Under the pieces are notes generated by a model, which saw only the letters and a list, made by a program, of their open reading frames with translations, was not told the origin of the DNA and did not search any database. Shown in pieces: positions 16,987 through 24,836 of a stretch of DNA of 26,598 nt. The position numbers and the translations under genes are program-made. Each line of letters starts with the position of its first letter. Within the stretch, counting starts at the first letter, position 1. The DNA comes from Spirochaetaceae bacterium (GTDB taxonomy: Bacteria > Spirochaetota > Spirochaetia > Treponematales > Breznakiellaceae), in assembly GCA_031278295.1 (NCBI GenBank), contig JAITKQ010000016.1:1-26598 (forward strand). The letters run 5' to 3'.

Positions 16987-18189
16987 ATGGAAAAAATTTC
17001 AGCGGAAGATGCCTTAAGCCTCGTTTTGGACAAGGTCCGCCCCAAAGAGGCCAGTCAAAATATCACGATCAACGAGGCTTTGGGCAGGGTTTGCGCCTGT
17101 ACGGTGTACGCCCCCATAGACAATCCACCGTTTGACCGGTCCCCGTTTGACGGGTACGCGCTGCGCAGCACGGATTCGGCGGGCGCGTCACCGGAAAAAC
17201 CGGTGCGGCTGCGCGTTGCCGGCACAATTTACGCGGGCGATGCCTGCACGAAAAGGCCGGAAGCGGGCACGGCGTTTCGCATCATGACGGGCGCGATGTT
17301 TCCGGCGGAATGCGACTGCATGGTGATGCAGGAAAACGTAAGGCTAGAAAACGGCGGGGCGGAAATTTTAATAAGCGGGCCTGTCGGCGCTTACGAAAAT
17401 TATGTACGGGCCGGTGAGGATATACGCAAGGGACAGCTTTTGATGGAAGCCGGCGAGCGGCTCAGCTTTGCCCACCTTGCGATCCTGTCGGCAATGGGGT
17501 TTGAGGATGTTTCGGTCAAAAGCCTGCCCGTGCATGGCCTCCTTTGTACAGGGGATGAACTGGCCTCCGCCGGGGCGCCGCTTCCGGCAGGCAAGATATA
17601 CAACAGCAATGAAACGCTAATCGGCCTGCGCCTACGGGAATTGGGCTTTGTTCCCAGAATTCTGCCTGTAAGCGGGGATGATGCCGGTATGGTTGCCTCA
17701 AAGATAGACGCCGTTATCGAAGAATTGGACACGCTTATCACGACAGGCGCGGTAAGCGTTGGCGAAAAGGACATTTTCCATGATGTTTTCAAGATTCTGG
17801 GCGTCGAAAAACTGTTTTGGCGGCTTAATTCAAAGCCCGGCGGCGCAATCCTGTGCGGAATATACCGTGGAAGGCCGCTGTTATGTCTTTCCGGCAACCC
17901 CTTTGCCGCGCTTACCGGTTTTGAGCTTATCGTAAGGCCGGTCATCGGTAAAATTGCGTCCCGAAGCGATCTTGCGATACGGAAACAGCGCGTAAAATTG
18001 GACGGCGACCTGGCGGCAAAGCCGATTCGGCGCTTCATCAGGGCGTGTATAGAAAACGGTACGGCAAAATTCCCGGCGGAACACATGTCCGGGCAGATAT
18101 TTTCTATCATAGGCTGTAACTGCCTGCTCGACATACCGGCGGGAGCGGCACTTGATGCCGGCAGCGAGGCGGAGGCCCTGCTCTTTTAG
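16987..18189 (+). CDS. moeA: Molybdopterin molybdotransferase (MoeA/gephyrin-like), 400 aa
   Basis: PPFDRSPFDGYALRS, RIMTGA, CTGDEL, IYNSN, ITTGAVSVGEKD, KPG, LSGNP motifs. Confidence 0.92.
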   Translation: MEKISAEDALSLVLDKVRPKEASQNITINEALGRVCACTVYAPIDNPPFDRSPFDGYALRSTDSAGASPEKPVRLRVAGTIYAGDACTKRPEAGTAFRIMTGAMFPAECDCMVMQENVRLENGGAEILISGPVGAYENYVRAGEDIRKGQLLMEAGERLSFAHLAILSAMGFEDVSVKSLPVHGLLCTGDELASAGAPLPAGKIYNSNETLIGLRLRELGFVPRILPVSGDDAGMVASKIDAVIEELDTLITTGAVSVGEKDIFHDVFKILGVEKLFWRLNSKPGGAILCGIYRGRPLLCLSGNPFAALTGFELIVRPVIGKIASRSDLAIRKQRVKLDGDLAAKPIRRFIRACIENGTAKFPAEHMSGQIFSIIGCNCLLDIPAGAALDAGSEAEALLF

Positions 18190-19124
18190 TGAATCACGCC
18201 GAAGCCTGTGGTATCTGCCCGCGGCAATGCCCGGCCCCCCGCACCGCGTACTGCGGCGGAAGCGCGCCGTTGCGCCTTGCCGCCGCGTCGGTACACCGCG
18301 GCGAGGAACCGCCCGTTACGGGGCGTGGCGGTTCGGGGACGGTTTTTGTGTCGGGCTGCAACCTGCGTTGCGCGTTCTGCCAGAACGCGCAGATTTCGCA
18401 CGGGAGGATGGGGCGTACCGTTGACGCGGACGAATTTGCCGCGATCTGTCTTGGCTTGCAAAGGCACGGTGCGGAAAACATCAACATTGTAAGCGGTTCC
18501 CACGCCGTTCCCGCCATCGTGGAAGGGATACGCCGCGCGCGCGGGGCCGCCCTAACGATACCCTGTCTCTGGAATTCCTCCGCCTACGAAAAGACCGAAA
18601 CGCTGGAATCTTTACACGATGTAATAGATATGTACCTGCCCGATCTAAAAACTTTGGATAAAAGCGTAGCGGACAAATTTTTCAGCGCCCCGGATTATCC
18701 GCTGTACGCCGAAAAAGCGATTCTTAAAATGATGGATATGGCGCGGAGCAAGCATAATGTTATCATCCGTCATCTTGTGCTGCCGGGATTTTTGGAATCT
18801 ACAAAAAAGGTGCTGAGTTGGTTCGCAAAAAATGCCCGCGGCAGGGCAAGTCTTTCGCTGATGACTCAGTATACGCCCCCGCACGACTTGCCGTCCGTAA
18901 AAGCGGGAAATGTGCCCGGACGTTTTCTTAACAAAGACGAATACGATACGGCGCTGGGCTGGCTTGAAGAATTGGGCATTGAAGACGGTTTTTACCAGGA
19001 ACCGGGGACCGGCAATGAATGGCTGCCGGATTTTGAAAGGGAAAATCCGTTTTCTTCGGAAATGTCCGTCCCCGTTTGGCACTGGAAGAACGGATTTGCC
19101 GTGACAGGCCGCCAAAATGTGTAG
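18189..19124 (+). CDS. Radical SAM protein, PflX-like (PFL-activating-enzyme-related, unknown function), 311 aa
   Basis: N-terminal CGICPRQC, GSGTVFVSGCNLRCAFCQN (CxxxCxxC), WNSSAYE, YLPDLK, IIRHLVLPG, SLMTQYTP; GTG start overlaps moeA TAG by 1 nt. Confidence 0.88.
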   Translation: MNHAEACGICPRQCPAPRTAYCGGSAPLRLAAASVHRGEEPPVTGRGGSGTVFVSGCNLRCAFCQNAQISHGRMGRTVDADEFAAICLGLQRHGAENINIVSGSHAVPAIVEGIRRARGAALTIPCLWNSSAYEKTETLESLHDVIDMYLPDLKTLDKSVADKFFSAPDYPLYAEKAILKMMDMARSKHNVIIRHLVLPGFLESTKKVLSWFAKNARGRASLSLMTQYTPPHDLPSVKAGNVPGRFLNKDEYDTALGWLEELGIEDGFYQEPGTGNEWLPDFERENPFSSEMSVPVWHWKNGFAVTGRQNV

Positions 19125-19169
19125 CCTTTACCGGCGTATTGGAAACTGTTAGAAAAGGCATGAATTACA

Positions 19170-19183
19170 GGGGGGGGGGGGGG
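19170..19183. repeat. G14 homopolymer directly upstream of the transposase remnant start
   Basis: 14 G then T then ATG 19185. Confidence 0.9.
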
Positions 19184-19184
19184 T

Positions 19185-19462
19185 ATGGAAGAAAATAAGC
19201 GCTTGTATCCGATAGACGAAGAAGTATTTAACCGGAAGGTTTTAGCTATCATCGAAAAAAGTTACATCCGGAAAGGGTGTCCGCCCAAAGCCTCCCGTTA
19301 CAAGGCGTTTTGCGGGGTACTGTATATTCCGGGGACCGGCCGTCCCTGGCGGGATTTGCCTTCAGGGTACGGGTATTGGCGGTATACAAGCGGTTTTCAT
19401 GGGGAAGTAAACGGGGATTGCGGGCAACGCGAATACTTGACAGTCTTGTTTCGCCGTTTTAA
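19185..19462 (+). mobile_element. IS5-family transposase remnant (N-terminal DUF4096-type region, frameshifted near 19380, truncated)
   Basis: Frame 1 KGCPPKASRYKAFCGVLYIPGTGRPWRDLPSGYGYW then another frame AVYKRFSWGSKRGL, matching the IS5 pattern GRPP...F.ailYvlrTGcpWRdLP..yG.W.tvYkRF..W; no DDE domain follows. Confidence 0.75.
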
Positions 19463-19497
19463 ACTATTGCAAGGATGCCAGTCCGCCAAGGAGGAAT

Positions 19498-20457
19498 ATG
19501 AAAAACATGGAATGTAAGCACGACGGTTCCCACCGCGCCGAATGTGGCGTAACAGCCTCTTCAGATAATGATCCAAAATACAGCGTTCCGGACGATCATA
19601 CCGGTACTGTAAATTCACGGACATGGGGGGGGGGGGGGTATAATTTAGATCGGTATCGTCCGGTAGAACTGCACGATCTGATCCGACTGGGGAGGGATTA
19701 TGACGGCGGTTACGTCATTTCAAAAAGCCAAATAGAAAAAACAGACATTTTGCTTAGTTTTGGCATCAGTGACGATTGGTCTTTTGAAGCTGATTTTGAA
19801 AAAAGAAAACGTATAAAAATATACGCTTACGACTATTCTGTTTCAAAAAAATGTAAAAAGCTTGAAATCAGGGATAATTTGGGATGTATGATAGGAAGTT
19901 TCCTTGTATTGCGGCGCTCAAAAGTTAAAGAGTATTGGGGAAAAATATCCGGCATAAGGCAGGGTTTAAACCGGTTGTACGGCTATTTTCAGGAAAAACA
20001 CGGCAGGCATTTTATACCGAAATATTTAGGTGATTCGGATAGCGGTGAATATATCTCTTTTGACAAAATATTCAGGGAATTGCCCGGCGCGGGAAAATTG
20101 TCTGTCTTTATAAAGATGGATATTGAAGGGGATGAGTATAAAGCACTGCCCCACCTTACGCCGTATTTTGACAAAATTAACGGAATGGTAATAGAATTTC
20201 ATGGATTAAATTTTCCTGGGAAGTTTGAAGAAATAACGGAATTATTGTTGAATAATTATTACGTTGCGCATATACATGCAAATAACGCCGGTGGCCATAT
20301 TATCGATTCAACGCTGCCTATGGTTCTTGAAATTACCTTTATGCATAAAAATATGCTTTCCGGCAGTGTACGTCCGTCAACGGCAAAATACCCGTTAGAG
20401 GGACTCGACTTTCCAAATATAAAAACACTGGATGATGTTGTATTGGATTTTTCGTGA
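19498..20457 (+). CDS. AT-rich SAM-dependent methyltransferase-like protein (FkbM / Methyltransf_22-like), 319 aa, with internal G14 tract
   Basis: AAGGAGG RBS before ATG 19498; LIRLGRDYDGGY, LLSFGISDDWSFE, FIKMDIEGDEY, MVIEFH, HIHANN, LEITF; visibly lower GC than flanking genes. Confidence 0.72.
   Translation: MKNMECKHDGSHRAECGVTASSDNDPKYSVPDDHTGTVNSRTWGGGGYNLDRYRPVELHDLIRLGRDYDGGYVISKSQIEKTDILLSFGISDDWSFEADFEKRKRIKIYAYDYSVSKKCKKLEIRDNLGCMIGSFLVLRRSKVKEYWGKISGIRQGLNRLYGYFQEKHGRHFIPKYLGDSDSGEYISFDKIFRELPGAGKLSVFIKMDIEGDEYKALPHLTPYFDKINGMVIEFHGLNFPGKFEEITELLLNNYYVAHIHANNAGGHIIDSTLPMVLEITFMHKNMLSGSVRPSTAKYPLEGLDFPNIKTLDDVVLDFS
19625..19638. repeat. G14 homopolymer inside the 5' part of the methyltransferase-like gene
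   Basis: ACAT-G14-TATAAT, read in frame as TWGGGGYN. Confidence 0.9.
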
Positions 20458-20524
20458 ATGGATGCGGGCGGATTTTGCTTTAACCGGTGAGCAAATAGAG
20501 CTTTGGTCTGGAAGTAAGTGATGG

Positions 20525-20564
20525 GGCAGCCCCCCGCGGTTTGCGGGGGGCTGCCTTTTTGTTT
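20525..20564 (+). terminator. Rho-independent terminator
   Basis: Perfect 13-bp stem GGCAGCCCCCCGC-GGTTT-GCGGGGGGCTGCC followed by TTTTTGTTT. Confidence 0.85.
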
Positions 20565-20672
20565 GGCGCGCTGACAGGGGGCAGCCCCCTGCCGAGCCTG
20601 CGGTTTGCGCTCACCTGCCGGAGTCTTGTTGACTCACGGTTATTTATGGTAACGTATAAAAAAGGGTTCGGC

Positions 20673-23600
20673 ATGAAAGAAAGCTGTAAAATAACTGAAA
20701 TGCGTAAATTTACCGTAATTTTGGCTGGATTCGAAACGGCGCAGGCCGCGCGAACGGCGCGTTGTCCAACGTTTGAATTCCACATTTGCGGCGGGGTCCG
20801 GGCGGAACATGGCCTTGACAAGGAACTTTTTACGCTTACCGGCAACGTGATACTGGCCGATTTCCATGCCGTGCGCGAGCTTGCCGCCAAACTCAACTCC
20901 AAACATGACCTAAAAAAATATCCGGAAAAGGCTGTCAGCGCCGGTAAACTGAACGCTATGGGCCTTATCGACGAGATAATGCACCATCTTGTCGGGCTGT
21001 ACCGCCGCCAGGTACAGCAGGATATATTTGAAAAAGCCCTTTTACGTCTGGAATCTTCGCTTGGGACGGCAAAAACAGCGTTTTTGCTGGAAACTTTTTG
21101 TACGGAATTCCCGCCAAAGGCGGTCTATGCCGGTAGTACCGGCGTCGGCGAATACCTTAAAGGCGGTGAGGCCGGCTTGAGCCACCGGTCAATGGCGCTT
21201 GAAGAACTTCTTCTGCTGGCAATCGCAAACCTGAATCCGGCTTTTAAGCCATTCCTGTTCCTGTTTGACGATGCCCCGCTGAAGGCAAAGACGGTTTACA
21301 GCAGAGCTATGGACGAACTTCGAGCCTACCTTGCCGAATGTCCGGCGTTTGGCCCTGACGGAAAAAACCTTTGGGACCTGCTCCGCGCGCCCGCCCTCGC
21401 CTGCCCCGACTCGCTTGAAGGCCAGCTTAAATGGATGCGGGAACGCTGGGGCCTTTTGTTGCAAGACCTTTTAACCCGCCTCCTTACCGGACTTGACGTG
21501 ATAAGCGAGGAGGAAAAGCCGCACTGGAACGGCACGCCCGGCCCCACCGAGGCTTACAGTTACGGCTACCTCCAGAACGAGTACGAAAATTTCAGCCAGG
21601 ATATGGAATGGATGCCGCAGACCGTGCTTATGGCAAAAAGCACGCTGGTTTGGCTCTGGCAGTTGAGCCAAAAGTACGGGCGGGCGGTACAGAAGCTGGA
21701 CGAGATTCCCGACGAGGAGCTTGACGAGCTTGCCCGGCGCGGTTTTACCGGCCTTTGGCTGATCGGGCTTTGGGAGCGCAGCGCGGCCTCGCGCACGGTA
21801 AAGCAGTGGAAGGGCAACTCCGAAGCGGCGGCAAGCGCCTACAGCCTTTACGATTACGACATAGCTTGGGAGCTTGGCGGCTGGGGCGCCTTGTGCAACC
21901 TGCGCGACCGCTGTATGCGGCGCGGCATCCGGCTTGGAAGCGACATGGTGCCGAACCATACAGGCATCGACTCAAAATGGATAATCGAGCATCCTGACCG
22001 CTTCCTTCAGCTTGATCATCCCCCCTATCCCCAGTACTCGTACAACAGCGGCAACCTCTCAAACCACCCGGACATCGTTGTTCAAATCGAGGACCACTAC
22101 TACGATAATTCGGACTGCGCCGTCGTCTTTCACCATTACGACAGGAGGACGGGCCGCCACCGCTACATATACCACGGGAACGACGGGACATCTATGCCGT
22201 GGAACGACACGGCGCAGATAGACTTCCTGAATCCCGAAGCGCGGGAGGCTGTGATACGTACGATAATCGGCGTGTGCGGGCAGTTTTCGATAGTGCGCTT
22301 TGACGCGGCGATGACGCTTGCCAAGCGCCATATACAGCGGCTCTGGTACCCGGAGCCGGGACACGGCGGGGACATAGCGAGCCGCGCGGAACACGCGATT
22401 TCCACCGAAGAGTTTAACCGCCGCATCCCAAACGAATTCTGGCGTGAGGTTGTAGACCGTTGCGCCGTCGAAGCGCCGAACACGCTGCTCCTGGCGGAGG
22501 CCTTCTGGATGATGGAAGGCTACTTTGTCCGTACGCTGGGGATGCACCGCGTCTACAACTCGGCGTTCATGAACATGCTAAAGAAAGAAGAAAACCAAAA
22601 GTACCGCGATACGATAAAGAACACGCTTGCCTTCGACCCCGAAATCTTAAAACGCTTTGTCAACTTTATGAACAACCCGGATGAGGAAACCGCCGTAGCG
22701 CAGTTCGGCAAGGGGGACAAGTACTTCGGGATATGTACGCTGATGGTTACGATGCCCGGCCTGCCGATGTTCGGGCATGGCCAGGTTGAAGGCTACGAGG
22801 AAAAGTACGGGATGGAGTACCGCAGGGCCTACCGCGACGAAAGGCCGGACGGCTATCTTGTCGAAAGGCATGAGAGGGAGATTTTTCCGCTGATGAAACG
22901 GCGTATGCTGTTCTCGGGCAGCGTCAATTTCTGCCTCTTCGATATGTGGCAGGACGATCATGTAAACGAAAATGTCTTTGCCTATACAAACCGGCTCGGC
23001 ACGGACAGGGCGCTGGTACTTTACAACAATTCGTATTACGAGGCGGCGGGCTGGATAAATTCGGGCTGCGTGGATATTCCGCAAAAGGAGGGCGGCAGCC
23101 GGCGGCAGGACAGCCTGGCGGAGGCCCTGTTGCTGCACAACAACCCGCATTGCTTTGCGCTTCTCCGCGAGATGCGTAGCGGTCAATGGTTTATCCGCTC
23201 AAGCAAGGATATGTTTGAACGGGGGCTTTTCGTAAACCTGCCCGGTTACGGAGCCCAGGTTTATTTGGACATACACGAGGTGGAGGACGGCGATTTTTCG
23301 ACATGGGCGCGCCTTCACGCTGAATTAAACGGTGCGGGTATGAGAGACCCCAAGGAGGCTTTGGAAGATATGTTGTTGGATGAGATTTTTGGACCTTTCT
23401 CTGATCTTTTCAGGTTGGAGCGGATTGAGGACGCGCGGAAAGTTTTTTCAGGCGAGTCTGACGGACCTGACGCGGAAACGCTACAGGCGCTTGAAAGATT
23501 CCTTCTGGCCGCGAAAGAATTACGCAAAGAGGCGGTCTACGATCCGTTTGCCGGCGGTAAGGGAAGCGGCACCGTAGATCTTAAAATCGCTGTCGATCGT

Positions 23601-24338
23601 TGGGGAAAGACCCTGGCCGGCTATGCGGCATCGTTCAAGGCCGCGGCGGCGCTGGCCGGAAAAAATGACTTTGCCGCCGGCCTGCGGGACAGGCTTGTAA
23701 ACGGGCTTCAGCTTGGCGCCTTTGTTTACGGTTTCAGCGTGTTTGGGCTGTGCGCGTCGATCGCCGGAAAGAATGCCAACGGCGCGGCGGCGGTGACCCT
23801 GTTTGAGTTCTGGCATTTTGACCGCAAGATGCGCGAATGTTTCGAAGCGCTGGGGCTTGACGGGGCCGCGGCGCACCGCTTTATCGAGGTAGCAAAGGCC
23901 TTTACCCGCCGCCTTGTACCCGGCGAAGCCGGGGTGAAGGCCGGCTGGGTCAAATCCGGCGCTTCGGTGACAGCCCTTTCTATCGTGCAAAATGCCCATG
24001 ATTCGGAAGACTTCCGCCGCTTGCTTGGCGTAAACGAATGGGGGGGTGTTGACTGGTTCAACAAGGAAGCCTTTGAGGAAACGCTGTTCTATGCGGCGGC
24101 GATAGCGGCGGGCTACGCCGGTATAGATGCGGTTTCCGCCGTTGTCGCGGAACTTTCCAACGCTGAATTGAAGTCAGAATACAAACTGGCGGAGCTTGTC
24201 AAGGCGCTGGGCGGCAAAAAGTCCGTAAAAAAAGCCGCTGCGCCGGTAAAGACCAGCCCCCCCAAAAATTCGGGCGGGAAAAGCTCCGCGTCCAAAGCGA
24301 CCTCCGCGAAGAAGCCAACGCCAAGGAAAAAAAGTTAA
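20673..24338 (+). CDS. Large alpha-amylase family (GH13) glycoside hydrolase, about 1221 aa, with Lys/Ala/Pro/Ser-rich C-terminal tail (start uncertain: 20646, 20673 or 20700)
   Basis: SDMVPNHTG (region I), VRFDAAMTL (nucleophile Asp), LLAEAFW (acid/base Glu), FMNNPDE (region IV-like), TMPGLPMFGHGQ. The ORF-track start 20541 lies inside the upstream terminator and was rejected. Confidence 0.85.
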   Translation: MKESCKITEMRKFTVILAGFETAQAARTARCPTFEFHICGGVRAEHGLDKELFTLTGNVILADFHAVRELAAKLNSKHDLKKYPEKAVSAGKLNAMGLIDEIMHHLVGLYRRQVQQDIFEKALLRLESSLGTAKTAFLLETFCTEFPPKAVYAGSTGVGEYLKGGEAGLSHRSMALEELLLLAIANLNPAFKPFLFLFDDAPLKAKTVYSRAMDELRAYLAECPAFGPDGKNLWDLLRAPALACPDSLEGQLKWMRERWGLLLQDLLTRLLTGLDVISEEEKPHWNGTPGPTEAYSYGYLQNEYENFSQDMEWMPQTVLMAKSTLVWLWQLSQKYGRAVQKLDEIPDEELDELARRGFTGLWLIGLWERSAASRTVKQWKGNSEAAASAYSLYDYDIAWELGGWGALCNLRDRCMRRGIRLGSDMVPNHTGIDSKWIIEHPDRFLQLDHPPYPQYSYNSGNLSNHPDIVVQIEDHYYDNSDCAVVFHHYDRRTGRHRYIYHGNDGTSMPWNDTAQIDFLNPEAREAVIRTIIGVCGQFSIVRFDAAMTLAKRHIQRLWYPEPGHGGDIASRAEHAISTEEFNRRIPNEFWREVVDRCAVEAPNTLLLAEAFWMMEGYFVRTLGMHRVYNSAFMNMLKKEENQKYRDTIKNTLAFDPEILKRFVNFMNNPDEETAVAQFGKGDKYFGICTLMVTMPGLPMFGHGQVEGYEEKYGMEYRRAYRDERPDGYLVERHEREIFPLMKRRMLFSGSVNFCLFDMWQDDHVNENVFAYTNRLGTDRALVLYNNSYYEAAGWINSGCVDIPQKEGGSRRQDSLAEALLLHNNPHCFALLREMRSGQWFIRSSKDMFERGLFVNLPGYGAQVYLDIHEVEDGDFSTWARLHAELNGAGMRDPKEALEDMLLDEIFGPFSDLFRLERIEDARKVFSGESDGPDAETLQALERFLLAAKELRKEAVYDPFAGGKGSGTVDLKIAVDRWGKTLAGYAASFKAAAALAGKNDFAAGLRDRLVNGLQLGAFVYGFSVFGLCASIAGKNANGAAAVTLFEFWHFDRKMRECFEALGLDGAAAHRFIEVAKAFTRRLVPGEAGVKAGWVKSGASVTALSIVQNAHDSEDFRRLLGVNEWGGVDWFNKEAFEETLFYAAAIAAGYAGIDAVSAVVAELSNAELKSEYKLAELVKALGGKKSVKKAAAPVKTSPPKNSGGKSSASKATSAKKPTPRKKS

Positions 24339-24352
24339 ACGCCTGTCAGTGT

Positions 24353-24388
24353 AAGGCCGCTTAACACAAGGCCGCTTAACACAAGGCC
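24353..24388. repeat. 15-bp tandem repeat AAGGCCGCTTAACAC x2 plus AAGGCC, running into the terminator stem
   Basis: Copies at 24353-24367 and 24368-24382. Confidence 0.88.
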
Positions 24389-24418
24389 TCGCCAACTGTA
24401 GTTGGCGAGGCCTTTTCT
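24383..24418 (+). terminator. Rho-independent terminator of the GH13 gene
   Basis: Perfect 14-bp stem AAGGCCTCGCCAAC-TGTA-GTTGGCGAGGCCTT followed by TTCT. Confidence 0.78.
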
Positions 24419-24492
24419 CCTAAGGCTCGAAAACCGGCGTCCGGACGCCGTGCAAGCGAAGCCGGTGATTTCAGGAAAGCCTGCAGCCCGGT

Positions 24493-24582
24493 GCTGTTCC
24501 AAAACTTTGGTTTTGGGGAGACAGGCTTTGCTTGCCCGGCAAGCTCTAAAAAACGCGGTATTACGGGGGCTGTAAAAGAAGT
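24493..24582 (+). repeat. Interspersed ~90-bp intergenic repeat, copy B
   Basis: Aligns with 16164-16249; internal palindrome GCTTGCC-C-GGCAAGC. Confidence 0.85.
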
Positions 24583-24590
24583 CCCGATTC

Positions 24591-24612
24591 GGGGGGGGGG
24601 GGGGGGGGGGGG
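24591..24612. repeat. G22 homopolymer
   Basis: 22 consecutive G, 8 bp after repeat copy B. Confidence 0.85.
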
Positions 24613-24789
24613 TCTTTAAGCGCATAATGAGGCGCGGTTTTATGCGAACGCGCATTTGCGTAGTGAAATGAGCGTCCTCCTTGTACAACAATGATGCGCC
24701 AACATAGTTAGCCGCCAATTGGCGCGGCCTCAGCTTGATCGGGCCTATGGAAAAGTAAACGCCTATGCCCCGTGGACCTAGGGAAGGCA

Positions 24790-24830
24790 TTGGCTTAACT
24801 TGCTAAACAGCGTAGAATTGGTTTTAAGGA
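24790..24830 (+). promoter_or_regulatory. Putative sigma70 promoter and RBS of the U32 gene
   Basis: TTGGCT (24790-24795) - 17 bp - TAGAAT (24813-24818); TAAGGA at 24825-24830, 6 nt before GTG 24837. Confidence 0.6.
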
Positions 24831-24836
24831 AACTCC

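Noticed and set aside
20541-20672. ORF-track start of the GH13 gene at 20541
   Set aside because: Lies inside the upstream terminator hairpin and GC-rich palindromes.
24335-24790. 151-aa minus-strand ORF
   Set aside because: Runs through the G22 tract (poly-Pro), the interspersed repeat, the terminator and the tandem repeats; no recognisable domain.
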